Part shown: positions 51,459 through 62,373 of the stretch, in pieces
Layout: every line of letters starts with the position of its first letter
How positions within the stretch are numbered: the first letter of the stretch is position 1
NCBI GenBank assembly: GCA_965262115.1
Contig: OZ253496.1
Coordinates: 2,240,001 to 2,304,000, forward strand
Length of the DNA stretch: 64,000 nt
From: Nitrospinales bacterium
Lineage (GTDB): Bacteria > Nitrospinota > Nitrospinia > Nitrospinales > VA-1
Direction: 5' to 3'
The notes under the pieces: model-generated
Told to the model about the DNA's origin: nothing
Database searches by the model: none
What the model saw: only the letters and a program-made list of their open reading frames with translations
Made by a program: the position numbers and the translations under genes

Positions 51459-52403
51459 ATGGGTATCGAACGAGGTGGAGATTCGGAGTATGAAGAGTAC
51501 AAACCTTCTTTTGAGGAGAAAACGGAAAAATGGCAGAAGACTCTTCAGTCAATGTTGGAGGAAGAGCCGGACTCACTCAAACTTTCGGGGAAATATATTT
51601 CCAACGATGATGTGAAAATCATTTGTGATTATGAGGGACTCAAAAAGGTCCGGGTTCTCGATCTTGCCGACAATCAGATCAGTGACGAGGCGTTGCTTTT
51701 TCTTTTTGAGTCGGAAAATTTAGCTCAACTTGAGGAACTCTATTTGGGCATCAATTTCCTGACCGGTCAGGGGCTTACGGATGTCGCCCAATCCAATAAG
51801 ATCGAACTGAAAAATCTGAAAACACTGGTTATTTCCGATAACCGCCTTACCGATTCTTCCGTGGCGGATTTTTTCCGGTCTGAAAATTTCCCCAATCTGG
51901 AATCTTTGGATGTGGGGTGGAATGAGGTTGGCAACGAAACGGCCAAAGTGCTTGGGGAGACAACGTCCTTTTCCGGATTGAAGAAGCTGATACTTGAGCG
52001 CAGTTATATTGAGATCGAAGGCCTGAAAGAAATGGTTCAGGGAGACCTTATGGAGCAATTGCAGGAACTGAATCTTTCAGCGAATAAGCTGAAGGACGAA
52101 GGGGTTGAGGTTCTTGCATTGGCTCCGAAATGGAAGGCTCTCAAGGTTTTGCGGCTTTCGCAGAATATGTTTGGCGATAAAGGTGCGAAGGCCCTGGGGG
52201 AATCGGCCTCGCTGGCCGGGTTGGCGCATCTTTATGCCGGAAGAAACTATTTTGGCAACGAAGGAGCGCAGGCGATCCATGAAAGTAAAACCCTGACCAA
52301 CCTCAAAACGCTGGTGCTAAAAGAAGGTGTGGAGGAAGATGCTGGACTGGTCAATTACTCGCGCCCGGAACTGCTTCGCCCCGATGACCCCAACTCCATT
52401 TAA
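51459..52403 (+). CDS. Leucine-rich repeat protein (RI/GALA-like 28-aa repeats)
   Basis: About nine LxxLxLxxNxI/L repeats; AGGAG RBS. Confidence 0.9.
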   Translation: MGIERGGDSEYEEYKPSFEEKTEKWQKTLQSMLEEEPDSLKLSGKYISNDDVKIICDYEGLKKVRVLDLADNQISDEALLFLFESENLAQLEELYLGINFLTGQGLTDVAQSNKIELKNLKTLVISDNRLTDSSVADFFRSENFPNLESLDVGWNEVGNETAKVLGETTSFSGLKKLILERSYIEIEGLKEMVQGDLMEQLQELNLSANKLKDEGVEVLALAPKWKALKVLRLSQNMFGDKGAKALGESASLAGLAHLYAGRNYFGNEGAQAIHESKTLTNLKTLVLKEGVEEDAGLVNYSRPELLRPDDPNSI

Positions 52404-52410
52404 ACGCTCA

Positions 52411-52503
52411 ACCTCACCTCAGCCTCCCTCGCAAGATGCTTCGATGTACCCCATGCCCTGCAAGGGTAAGCCATATGCACATTAAGTCCAGCGTCACGCT
52501 GGC
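52411..52503. repeat. Repeat mosaic at the left edge of the RM locus
   Basis: CCTCACCTCAG unit, AGATGCTTCGA unit, partial micro-element TGCCCTGCAAGGGTAA and CCAGCGTCACGCTGG. Confidence 0.65.
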
Positions 52504-52637
52504 TTGCACGGTTACCGCAGCCATCCTCTAAAAAAATAAATTATCTTTATTTTCAAGGTGTTACAGATTATTATTAGTTCGGAAAATCTAATATTTTTTA
52601 CTCCACATCAATTTTTCCAATCAATAAGGGGAAGTTA

Positions 52638-55600
52638 GTGTTCATTAAAGGTTCTTTATTCACCAGAGAGTTTTTGATTGATGGAATCCTGGAACATGAA
52701 GAATGGAAAAATCTTCAAGAAAGTGAAATCAATGATTTTCGAGCCAAACTTCGCGCGATATTTGCAGACTTCCCCATAAATGGAAACCCCATTGAATCGA
52801 CAACAGAGAAGGATTTAATTGAACCCGTAATCGAGGCTTTGGGGTGGGACTCCTACCTGACGCAACAGACCACCTCAAAAAAAGGGCGTAAAGACGTTCC
52901 GGACTATCTGTTATTCCCCAACGCAGGATTCAAGCAAAAAGCCAACAATGAAAAACAACAGGCCAAACGATATAGATATGGCCTTTCCATATTAGAAGCA
53001 AAAGCCTGGGAAGTTCCTTTAGACAAGAAAGGACAGGGAGAGGAATTTGACAGTCGAATTTCATCCAACCAGATTTTGCGGTATCTCAGTCGCGCGGATA
53101 TACAATCCAACGGAAATATTAAATGGGGCATTCTTACCAATGGAAGGAAATGGCGCTTGTATTTTCAGGATGCCCAATCCCGCTCGGAAGATTTTCTGGA
53201 AATTGATTTGCCCGCCACTCTTGGGCTCAAGGATATACAGATAGACCTGTTTGCATTTGAGGATTCCAAAGAACAAGACTGGCTGAAAGTGTTTTATATT
53301 CTTTTTGGCCGCAAAGCGTTTTTAAAAACTCCGCCGGAAAACTTATCTTTCCATTAGCGGGCTCTTGAACAGGGAAGGTTCTGGGAGTCCCAGGTCGCTC
53401 AAGACTTGAGCGAAGTGGTTTTTAAAGAAGTTTTTCCTCAGCTTGTCCGTTGCTTAAAGCGATATGATGGGGAAGCTCAGGAAACACCCACCTATCTTGA
53501 AGAGTTACGGGATTCCGCTTTAACCTTTTTTTACCGCCTGTTATTTGTCTTGTATGCGGAAGACAGGCACCTTTTGCCCGTCACCGATGCTAAATACGAT
53601 GACTATGGTTTGAGAAAACGGGTCAGGGAAGACATAGCAAAACGAATCGACATCAAGGATACCTTTAGCTCAACCTTGGATGAGTATTACCGAAGAACCT
53701 GCAATTTATTTAAAGCCATCGATAAAGGCGATTCCTCTATCGGTTTGCCTCCCTATAACGGCGGCTTGTTTGATATACAACAAAACCCCTTATTAAACCG
53801 TGTCGAAATACCGGATTCTGAATTCGCCCCACTCCTCGACAAACTTTCCCGAAGGCATAAAGAAGAAAACCCCAAGTGGATCAATTACCGGGATCTGTCT
53901 GTTCAACAACTGGGGTCTATCTACGAAAGACTGCTGGAGTTTGATCTGGTCTTGGACGATGAGGGAGCTTTGGAGATTCGCCCTAATATTTTTGCCCGCA
54001 AAACCAGAGGGAGTTATTACACGCCTGAAAGTTTGGTCAAATTAATCCTGGAAAAGGCCGTGGGGCCGTTGATCAATGAAAAGCTGGAAGTGTTTAAAAA
54101 CAAATCCGAAAAACTCAAAAAACAGAAATCATCAAAAAAAGAACGATTAAAGGTTTTGAAGGAGTTAGACCCCACCTCCGCCATTCTGGATTTAAAAATA
54201 TGCGATCCCGCTATGGGGAGCGGACATTTTCTGGTATCTCTTGTCGATTATCTGGCAGACCGTATTTTGGAATCCCTCGTTGAGTCAGAAGAAATTGTGG
54301 ACTGGGCAGACAGTCCCTACGCCTCGCCTTTATTTGAGAAAATCAATTCAATCCGCGAGCAAATAAAAAAGCAGGCAAAAGAGCATGGCTGGGCGGTGGA
54401 CGAAGACCAATTGGACGACCGGCATATTATCAGAAGGATGATCCTGAAACGTTGCGTGTTCGGGGTGGATAAAAATCCTATGGCGGTTGAACTGGCGAAG
54501 GTTTCGCTTTGGCTGCACACCTTCACCGTTGGCGCGCCGCTTTCGTTTCTGGACCATCACCTCAAATTCGGCGATTCCCTTTTTGGCGAGTTTGTTCGCG
54601 GAACCGAGGATTATCTGGAAGCAAGGGGAAGCATGTTCATCACCCAGGCGGTCAGCCAAGCAAAAGCCACAGCAAAAGGCATGGCAATGATCGAACAAAT
54701 TACCGATGCGGATATTTCGGAGGTTAAAGATTCGGCAGAAAAGTTTAGAGTGGTCGAAAAAGTCACCGGCCCTTTAAGCCACTTCTTTGGTTTTATCCAT
54801 GCCATCCGATGGATGGATATTAAAGATAAGGAAACTAAAGCGGCTGTCCAGGATATTCTGGACGGTCACGCGGGAGACCCCATCAAGCTGGCATCGGGGA
54901 AAATAAAAATTCCGGATGACGCTAAAAGTATTATCAAAAACGTATTTCAAAATGCCAGAGAACTCGATGAGGAAGAACGTTTTTTGCATTGGGAAATCGC
55001 CTTCCCCGGAGTCTGGGATAAATGGGAAAGCCCGGAACCCAAAGGAGGCTTTGACGCGGTGATCGGTAATCCCCCGTGGGACCGAATCAAATTGCAGGAA
55101 GTGGAGTGGTTTGCCTCAAGAAAGCTGGAAATTGCCCAAGTTGCACGTGCCAGTGATCGCAAGAAAGGGATTAAGAAATTAGAAAAAAAAGGAGACCCCC
55201 TTTGGCTGGATTATCTAAAAGCTGGAGAACGGGCTCAGTCGATGGCGGCTCAGGCCCGAAAAGGGGGGAACTATCCCTTATTATCAGTGGGTGACATAAA
55301 TATTTATTCTCTTTTCATCGAACGGGCGCACCGGCTTGTTAAGCCCAACGGAATAATAGGTTTGTTGACTCCTTCCGGAATCGCTTCCGATAAAGGCGCC
55401 AGTAAATTTTTTAAATCCATCTCCACGCAGGGCAGGCTCGCCGGGTTCTTTGATTTCGAGAATAAAAAAATATTTTTCCCGGATATTCATGCCTCCTTCA
55501 AGTTTTGTGCATATATAGCTGGAGGAAAAAACAGAAAGTTCGTCGAAACCCGGATGGCCTTCTTCCTCCATAACGCAGATGAACTACAAGACCCGGACCG

Positions 55601-56696
55601 TTGTTTCACCCTCACCCCGGAAGATTTCAACCGCGTCAACCCCAACACCGGCACCGCCCCCATATTTCGCACTCAAAAAGACGCGCAAATCACTCGAAGA
55701 ATTTACGAAAAGTTCCCCATACTTCACAATCATGAAACGGGAAAAGTTTGGCCGATTAAATACCACACTATGTTCCACATGACCAATGATTCGCATTTAT
55801 TTAAGACACAGGAGGAACTGGAGAAGGATGGTTTCTACCCGGTGGAAGGAAACCGTCTGAAGAAAGGTAATACCGAGTTTAGCCCTCTATACGTTGGGAA
55901 AATGGTTCACCATTATGACCACCGTGCTTCCCCGGTGGAGGTCAATTTGGAAAATGTTCACAATGCTGCATTGAGCGAAGGAACAAGGGCTGAACAACAT
56001 GCCAATACATCTTTTTACATCAAACCTCAATTCTGGGTTGATGCTGGAGAAGTTGAATTGCAGGGGAATTTGGAATGGGTGATGGCTTTTCGGGATATAG
56101 CCAGGACGACCGATGCAAGAACGCTTATTACAACAGTTATCCCAAAATATGGAGTTGGTAATACTTGGCCTTTAATATTGCCTGGTGCTTTAGAAGATAC
56201 TCTTGAGTACAAAAATTTTTGTGTCTTACTATTGGCAAATATGAACTCGTTTGTGTTTGACTATATTGTTAGGCAAAAAGTGCAATCAACCCATGCAAAC
56301 TGGTACATAGTCGAACAACTCCCTGTGATTCCTCTGGAGAGATTCGAGAAAAAAATCGGCAAGATAAAAATTGCTAATTTTGTTCGGGATCAGGTTTTAA
56401 GGCTCACCTACACAGCCTGGGATATGCAGCCCTTCGCTCAAGACATGGGGTATGAGGGCGATCCATTCATCTGGGATGAAGAAGACCGCCGCCACCGCAA
56501 GGCGAAAATTGACGCCCTGTTTTTCAATCTTTACGAAATCAGCGATGAAGATGCCGCCTATATTATGGAGACTTTCCCCATAGTGAAACGTGATGATGAA
56601 AAAGCTTTTGACGGCAGGTATTACACTAAAGACCTTATTCTGGCTTATATGAAAGCCCTGAAAGCCGGGGACACGGAAGCTAAGATAAAATTGTGA
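52638..56696 (+). pseudogene. Type IIG/Eco57I-like restriction-modification enzyme interrupted by an in-frame TAG
   Basis: N-terminal VPDY..ILEAK..ILTNG..WRLY nuclease domain and MTase motifs DPAMGSGHFL and GNPPW. After the TAG at 53355-53357 the same frame continues (RALEQGRFWESQVAQDLSEVVF). Confidence 0.85.
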
Positions 56697-57470
56697 TTAT
56701 CCTGTTTCTTTTTCGGTCTTATTTAAGGATTTTGCCAAAAAACTGATGAATGAAATTTGCTCTAATGCATTTTCTGGATCATCATCAATTAAACCATGAG
56801 CTCGCGGGTTTCTTAAGGCTGACATTACACCTGCAAATAAAAACATCATTCCTCGTTGCTCACTTTTTTCTGAATCTGTCTTTAATTCGTTAAACTTTAG
56901 AATCGGTTTGTCTGGGCTGAAGACTTTTAGCATTAAATCTGTTCCATCAAGATCATCCCTTCCACTACGTAATTTTACCAAAAGGTTTAATGCTTTACAC
57001 GCATCTCCAATGGCATTTGAATAATGTTCGTCCTTGAATAAGTCGGCAGAGGATCTTTCAATTTCAGGATGAAGTGTCAAGTCATCAAATGCCTTTAAAG
57101 CTTTTCCACTTTGTGTTTCCCCCAAGTCATCAAGGTTTTCTTTAAACAAATCAATAATTGTTGTTAAGTTAGATATAGCACTTTCTATATTAGCCCTTAT
57201 AGCCTCTTTCACTTTATGCAACGGAGTCTGCCCCGTGTGTAGATTAAATATATCTAAACTAAAAACCTTGTATTGGTCATATTCTATGGTGTTGGCCCCA
57301 AAGATACCCCTTAATGTATCGTTCACTTTGTTTTTTAGTGATTCAAGGTGGGGTTCATATTCTTTTTGAACGGCATCGACATCTATTTCTTTTAATTCAA
57401 TTATCCTGCGCTCTAATTTAGGAATAGCAGTTTTCATTTGGGTTGGGTTTAAATCAGCTGATTTTGGCAT
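56697..57470 (-). CDS. TIGR02391 / Ymh-like HEPN-domain protein
   Basis: LHPEI....LF.D.HY..A, DG.DLM..VFS, SEQ.GM..LF.G and RNPRAH (Rx4H) motifs. Confidence 0.85.
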   Translation of the reverse strand: MPKSADLNPTQMKTAIPKLERRIIELKEIDVDAVQKEYEPHLESLKNKVNDTLRGIFGANTIEYDQYKVFSLDIFNLHTGQTPLHKVKEAIRANIESAISNLTTIIDLFKENLDDLGETQSGKALKAFDDLTLHPEIERSSADLFKDEHYSNAIGDACKALNLLVKLRSGRDDLDGTDLMLKVFSPDKPILKFNELKTDSEKSEQRGMMFLFAGVMSALRNPRAHGLIDDDPENALEQISFISFLAKSLNKTEKETG

Positions 57471-57682
57471 TAAAAATTCCTTATTATGGGTTCTCGTTTT
57501 ATGCGGTGTGGGTGGGGTGAGATGTTTGTTACCACCACAATAGTGAATCGGAGCGGTGGGTCCTATCCTGAAATTCCTATAGAGTCTCCATGTGGCTTTA
57601 GTTCGCTATACCTTGACATAAGTTTTTCCGTAACGGTAGATAGCCGACCCCGTAGGACCAAGTTACCAGCGGAGGTACTCCG

Positions 57683-58342
57683 CTAGAAAACCTTGAGTTT
57701 TTCCAGCTTGGTGAGTTTCGCGGAATTTTTTAAAGCCGCTTTGGCTTCTTCAGATTTAACCCGGTTGCCCCCCAGATGCAGATAGGTCAGATTGCAGAGA
57801 TTGTCTGAATTGGCGATGGCCAAAGCGCCCTCATCTCCGACCCGGTTATCAACCAGGTTCAGGTATTCAACTTTTGTCAGCACAGAAGATTGGGCCAGGG
57901 CTTTGGCGCCTTCCGCGGTAATGCCGTTGCATTCCAGGTTCAGGGTCACCAATTCTGAAAAAACTTCTGCTTGGGCGATGATTTTAGCGCTTTCATCTCC
58001 AAGGTTGTTGGAACCCAAATGCAGGTCTTTAACTTTAGGAAGGAACGGGGACGCGGCGAGAATTTTTACCCCATCCGGTCCAAGATGATTATGCGTAAGG
58101 ATCACGCTGGAGATGGTTTTGATGAAATGGAAGTTGGCGATCATTGTAGCCAGATCGGGGCCGTGATTTTCTTCGATTTTCCCGGTTTTGGAAAACAGGT
58201 AGGCATCCTGGATTTTAAGAACTTTTTTGTCCTTAATACTTTCAAATAGGATTTTTTCTTTTGGCGAAAGGTCTTTTCCTTCACCGCCATAGTTTTCACC
58301 GTCGTTACACAGTTCCTCCCAGTTCTTGACCTTGTCTTGCAT
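57683..58342 (-). CDS. Leucine-rich repeat protein (start reassigned to ATG 58342)
   Basis: Five 28-aa repeats LxLxxNxLGxxGAxxLA. Confidence 0.85.
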   Translation of the reverse strand: MQDKVKNWEELCNDGENYGGEGKDLSPKEKILFESIKDKKVLKIQDAYLFSKTGKIEENHGPDLATMIANFHFIKTISSVILTHNHLGPDGVKILAASPFLPKVKDLHLGSNNLGDESAKIIAQAEVFSELVTLNLECNGITAEGAKALAQSSVLTKVEYLNLVDNRVGDEGALAIANSDNLCNLTYLHLGGNRVKSEEAKAALKNSAKLTKLEKLKVF

Positions 58343-58347
58343 AGTGC

Positions 58348-58806
58348 TTAGCGGGACAACCTCTTGTGTCGGGCGCAACCCGAACCATTGCCCATATCAC
58401 AAGCCTTTAAATAAAACTGTAGCGCCTTTTTCTGGCGTCCCTCCTTATAGTTCAGGCTGCCCAGGTTGAAGCAGGCCGGGTCTTCACCCGCGTCACAGGC
58501 CTTGGTATACATTTTTCGTGCGGCTTTGAACTCCTTGCTGTAGGGATTCCCTTTCATTGCCAGGAGATTGCCACCGTTGGTGCATCCGGTCATATAGCCG
58601 GCATCACAGGACTTGGCGTAAAACTCGAGGGCTGTCTTCAGGTCTCGCTCGATAACGCGATAGCGTTCGCCCATTTTAAAACACGCTGTTGAATTGCCTT
58701 TTTCACACAGTGCTCTTTTTTTTGCGGTCTCTTTATCATCGCCAGCCCAGACTCCAGACATCTGGACAAAAATAGCCAATACCGTTAAAAATATAATTTT
58801 TTTCAC
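58348..58806 (-). CDS. Secreted cysteine-rich Sel1/Hcp-like repeat protein
   Basis: Signal peptide and KACD.G...(A/G)C..LG repeats. Confidence 0.85.
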   Translation of the reverse strand: MKKIIFLTVLAIFVQMSGVWAGDDKETAKKRALCEKGNSTACFKMGERYRVIERDLKTALEFYAKSCDAGYMTGCTNGGNLLAMKGNPYSKEFKAARKMYTKACDAGEDPACFNLGSLNYKEGRQKKALQFYLKACDMGNGSGCARHKRLSR

Positions 58807-59065
58807 AATTTGCCCTTTCCCTGCTGAATGGTTAGCCCAAGAGAATGTGAAAAATGGGTTCTCCGAGAAACCCGATTATACCATAGGGGGTTTATGTAAG
58901 AAGAAAAAGACAGTCTTTCCCTAAAGTAAGGTTTCATTTGCATCGGTAGAAATATTGCTTTACTCTTTTTGCGTTATTGAAAACAAAGCATTTTAGAGAG
59001 TCAGATTCTGTCAGGGCCACTAAAAAAAACCTTGAGAAGTCTGCACCCATACAGGATACAGGTCG

Positions 59066-59590
59066 TTGAATATTGTCATGCTGGGTTACAGAGGAACCGG
59101 AAAATCGGTGATTGCAAAAATTCTTTCTAAAGAACTGCGGAGAAAACTGTATCGGGTGGATGATTTGATTGTCCAAACTGCCGGGAAATCCATCCCCGAA
59201 ATTGTTGAGCAAGAAGGCTGGCCGGGTTTTCGAAAATTGGAATCAGAAATTGTGGGCCGGGTGGTCGGGGAGGCTCAGGACGGTATTATTGATTGCGGTG
59301 GGGGAGTGGTGCTTGACGACAATAATATAGCTCTCCTGAAAAGAGAGGAAAAATGTGTTCTACTCACGGCGAGCTTGTCTACAATCATCCGCAGGATCAA
59401 AAAAGACCGTAACCGCCCTGCTCTTAAAGAAGGTCTCAGTTTTGAGGAAGAACAGAAAAAAACTCTTGCCGAAAGGCATGAAAAATACCAGTCTGCTGCG
59501 GATTTTATTTGCGACACCACCAGCCGAAGACCAGGAGAAACAGCTCATGAAATCATCGCCTTTTTAAAAGAGCAAGGATGGCTGAAATGA
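59066..59590 (+). CDS. aroK: Shikimate kinase (TTG start)
   Basis: GYRGTGKS, FRKLE, DCGGG and RPAL motifs. Confidence 0.92.
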   Translation: MNIVMLGYRGTGKSVIAKILSKELRRKLYRVDDLIVQTAGKSIPEIVEQEGWPGFRKLESEIVGRVVGEAQDGIIDCGGGVVLDDNNIALLKREEKCVLLTASLSTIIRRIKKDRNRPALKEGLSFEEEQKKTLAERHEKYQSAADFICDTTSRRPGETAHEIIAFLKEQGWLK

Positions 59591-60399
59591 TAAGTCCTCT
59601 TTTTGAAAGCCTGATCAAAAACAGCTTGACGATTCTGGCTGATGAACCGGACGACTCCACCGCCATGGTCTGGAGCGAGGCTGAGGCCAATGCCGAGATT
59701 GAAAGCAGCGAAAAGGCTATCTATAAGCTCGACCTCATTGACAAGGAAGTTCTCATAGAAGAAGTCGAGGACCTTTTGGCCTACGACACAATCCGCAAGG
59801 TTAAGGAATTGTGGCTGGATAAAAATGAATTTGGCAATGAGGGGGTAGAGGCACTGGCAAATTCGCCCCAGCTAAAAAAACTGATGGTTCTTTCCCTGGC
59901 TCATAACAAACTCACGAACTACTCAGCGCAATCCATAGCCGCGTCACCTTATCTGGGCCATCTACAAAAACTTTTTCTCCAGAGTAACCGGATCGGTCTT
60001 GAAGGCTTGAAAGCGTTGACGGAGTCAGAAGTTCTTTCCAATCTGCAATTGCTTTACCTCAACCTCAATCCGGTAGGACCTGCCGGTGCGGAGATTCTTG
60101 CGGGAGAATCTAAATTGCAAAACCTGCGCGAACTTTATCTGCAAAAAACGGGTTTGGGAATAGGGGGCGTTAAGGTGTTATGCGAGTCCAAAAACTTTCA
60201 GGAACTGACTCTATTGTCCCTTGCGGCAAACGGATTGGAAGATAGCGCTGTGGATTTGCTTTGCTGTTCAGAGGCGTTCCCCCGTTTAATCACTCTTGAC
60301 CTGTACCAAAACCGGATCAGTGATCGGGCTGTGGATCAACTTAAGGCCTCCCCCAACCTTAAAAGCGTCCGGGCGTTTCAGGTAGACTGGCGAGGGTGA
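59578..60399 (+). CDS. Leucine-rich repeat protein
   Basis: Seven 28-aa repeats; overlaps the aroK stop and alkA start. Confidence 0.88.
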   Translation: MAEMISPLFESLIKNSLTILADEPDDSTAMVWSEAEANAEIESSEKAIYKLDLIDKEVLIEEVEDLLAYDTIRKVKELWLDKNEFGNEGVEALANSPQLKKLMVLSLAHNKLTNYSAQSIAASPYLGHLQKLFLQSNRIGLEGLKALTESEVLSNLQLLYLNLNPVGPAGAEILAGESKLQNLRELYLQKTGLGIGGVKVLCESKNFQELTLLSLAANGLEDSAVDLLCCSEAFPRLITLDLYQNRISDRAVDQLKASPNLKSVRAFQVDWRG

Positions 60400-61028
60400 C
60401 TGAAATGCCGCTCCCCAGTAAAAAAATAATCCTGAAACATTTTGATGAGAGAGACGCCGTGATGGCCGGTGTGATACGCCGGATGGGTCCCTTCAAGCTG
60501 AAACGGAACCGAAATTATTTTCAGGTATTATGTAAAGCCATTGTTGCGCAACAGATTTCGACGAAAGCCGCGGAATCCATCACTCATCGTTTTCAAAATC
60601 TTTTTATTGGTAGCCGGCCCACTCCGAAAAAAGTACAGGGCTTGTCAGGAAAACAATTGCGGGAAGCGGGCCTGTCGAGCCAAAAGGTGAAGTATATGAA
60701 AGACCTCAGCGCGAAATTTCTCGATGGCAGTGTTCGCCCTCACCGTATGGCTTATCAGGACAATGAAGAAATTATCCGGCAGTTGACCGATATTTATGGC
60801 GTTGGACGGTGGACGGCGGAGATGTTCCTGATCTTTTCTCTGAATCGGCTGGATGTTTTGCCGGTTGGGGATTTAGGGCTCCGGGCTGGGTTGAGACAAC
60901 TCTATAACATGAGGGCCTTGCCCACTCCCGATCGAGTGCGTACTTTGGGAAAAAAATGGCAACCTTTTGAAACAGTGGGAACCTGGTATACCTGGCGTAT
61001 GCTGGACGAGGGAATTGTGGCGTATTAA
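60396..61028 (+). CDS. alkA: DNA-3-methyladenine glycosylase II (AlkA/HhH-GPD)
   Basis: IVAQQISTKAA, GVGRWTAEMFL and DVLPVGDLG motifs. Confidence 0.88.
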   Translation: MTEMPLPSKKIILKHFDERDAVMAGVIRRMGPFKLKRNRNYFQVLCKAIVAQQISTKAAESITHRFQNLFIGSRPTPKKVQGLSGKQLREAGLSSQKVKYMKDLSAKFLDGSVRPHRMAYQDNEEIIRQLTDIYGVGRWTAEMFLIFSLNRLDVLPVGDLGLRAGLRQLYNMRALPTPDRVRTLGKKWQPFETVGTWYTWRMLDEGIVAY

Positions 61029-61061
61029 GAGTGTCTCTTTAAGAAATTTGCGGGAGGGTAC

Positions 61062-61694
61062 ATGGACTTCATTGATGAAAATATAGAAAAATATGCTTTT
61101 GACCACACCAGTGAGGAAGGTGAACTGTTAAGAAGGCTGGAAGAGGAAACCTACGAAAAACTGGAAATTCCTCAGATGACGACAGGCAGGCTAGAGGCTC
61201 GGCTTTTGAAACTGCTGGCCCGGCTGGTTGGAGCTCGGCGTATTCTGGAAATAGGTACCTTTGGTGGGTACAGCGCCTTGTCGATGGCCGAAGCCTTGCC
61301 GGAGGATGGAGCTTTGGTGACCTGTGAAGTGGACCCTGTAGCGATTGCCTTTGCTCGGAAATATTTTTCTGAAAGCCCGCATGGAAAAAAAATAACCCTG
61401 CTGGAAGGCCCGGCGCTGGAAACGATCAAAACGCTGACAGGTCCGTTTGACATGGCCTTCATCGATGCGGACAAACAGAACTACAGTAATTATTATGAAG
61501 CCATCTTCCCATTGATTCGTCAGGGCGGATTGATCGCCGTGGATAACGTTCTGTGGAGTGGCCGGGTGCTTGATCCAAAAGACGATTCAGACAAGGCCAT
61601 CCACCAGTTCAATGAGAGGGTCATTAAGGACCAGCGGGTTGAATCGGTTCTGTTGACAGTGCGGGATGGCTTGAATTGCATCATAAAGAATTGA
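61062..61694 (+). CDS. O-methyltransferase (caffeoyl-CoA OMT-like, Methyltransf_3)
   Basis: ILEIGTFGGYS, FIDADK and VDNVLWSG motifs. Confidence 0.9.
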   Translation: MDFIDENIEKYAFDHTSEEGELLRRLEEETYEKLEIPQMTTGRLEARLLKLLARLVGARRILEIGTFGGYSALSMAEALPEDGALVTCEVDPVAIAFARKYFSESPHGKKITLLEGPALETIKTLTGPFDMAFIDADKQNYSNYYEAIFPLIRQGGLIAVDNVLWSGRVLDPKDDSDKAIHQFNERVIKDQRVESVLLTVRDGLNCIIKN

Positions 61695-61863
61695 CCACTT
61701 GGCAGGGGAGGCCACTGGCAGTAACTCGTTGGGCCAAGAATCCGATTGAGGGCGAGTTGAAGATATTGCCGTTTGCCAGCGGAGGCACTCCGCTTGCCTC
61801 TCCGGCACGGGGTGTGTTAGTTTGGAAAAAAGGCGTTGCTCATTACCAGCGGAGGTACTCCGC
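61695..61863. repeat. Structured repeat family B, divergent copy
   Basis: CCACTTGGCAGGGGAGGCCA left end; AAGGCGTTGCTCATTACCA plus GCGGAGGTACTCCGC hairpin at the right end. Confidence 0.5.
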
Positions 61864-61890
61864 CATTAACTCGAATTCAAAATATTTTTT

Positions 61891-62373
61891 ATGGCAGAAA
61901 CTTTAGGCAGTCTGGTTGATAAACTTTCAATTAAAAACCTGCGCATCTGGCATCTGGATGAGGCGTTGGAAAATGCAGAAACTTCAGAACGGCAAGAGCT
62001 CCGGGAAAAACGAGATCTGGCTGAGAGGCAGAGGCAGGATCTAATGAAAGAGGTGGATGGCTTTCTTGGCGCAGCGCTCAGGGGGGAAGTGCGTATTCGG
62101 GATGAAAAAATCAAGATGTATACCAACACCAATGTCTCGTCCTCCGAGGCAATCAAAGAGTTGGGCAATGCGGTGAGCGAGTTGGCTTGCCGAAATATCA
62201 AGCTCTGGCATTTGGAAGACGAGGTCCGCAGAACAGATTTGCCGGATGCCACAATTGTTCAAACCAAAAGGAAGATCGACGCGACCAATCAGGAACGCAA
62301 TGACCTTATGGATAAGGTCGATGAGATTCTTTTCCACCGCTCCACCACTCGGCGTGGGGCCAGCGAGCAATAA
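61891..62373 (+). CDS. DUF4254-like protein, apparently permuted
   Basis: ETLGSLVDKLSI..L...H, KMY and WHLEDEVR..KRKID..NQERNDL motifs. Confidence 0.7.
   Translation: MAETLGSLVDKLSIKNLRIWHLDEALENAETSERQELREKRDLAERQRQDLMKEVDGFLGAALRGEVRIRDEKIKMYTNTNVSSSEAIKELGNAVSELACRNIKLWHLEDEVRRTDLPDATIVQTKRKIDATNQERNDLMDKVDEILFHRSTTRRGASEQ

Noticed and set aside
52638..56696. BREX or DISARM system
   Set aside because: No helicase, PglZ, BrxC, DUF1998 or PLD genes lie nearby; this is a standalone IIG-like gene.
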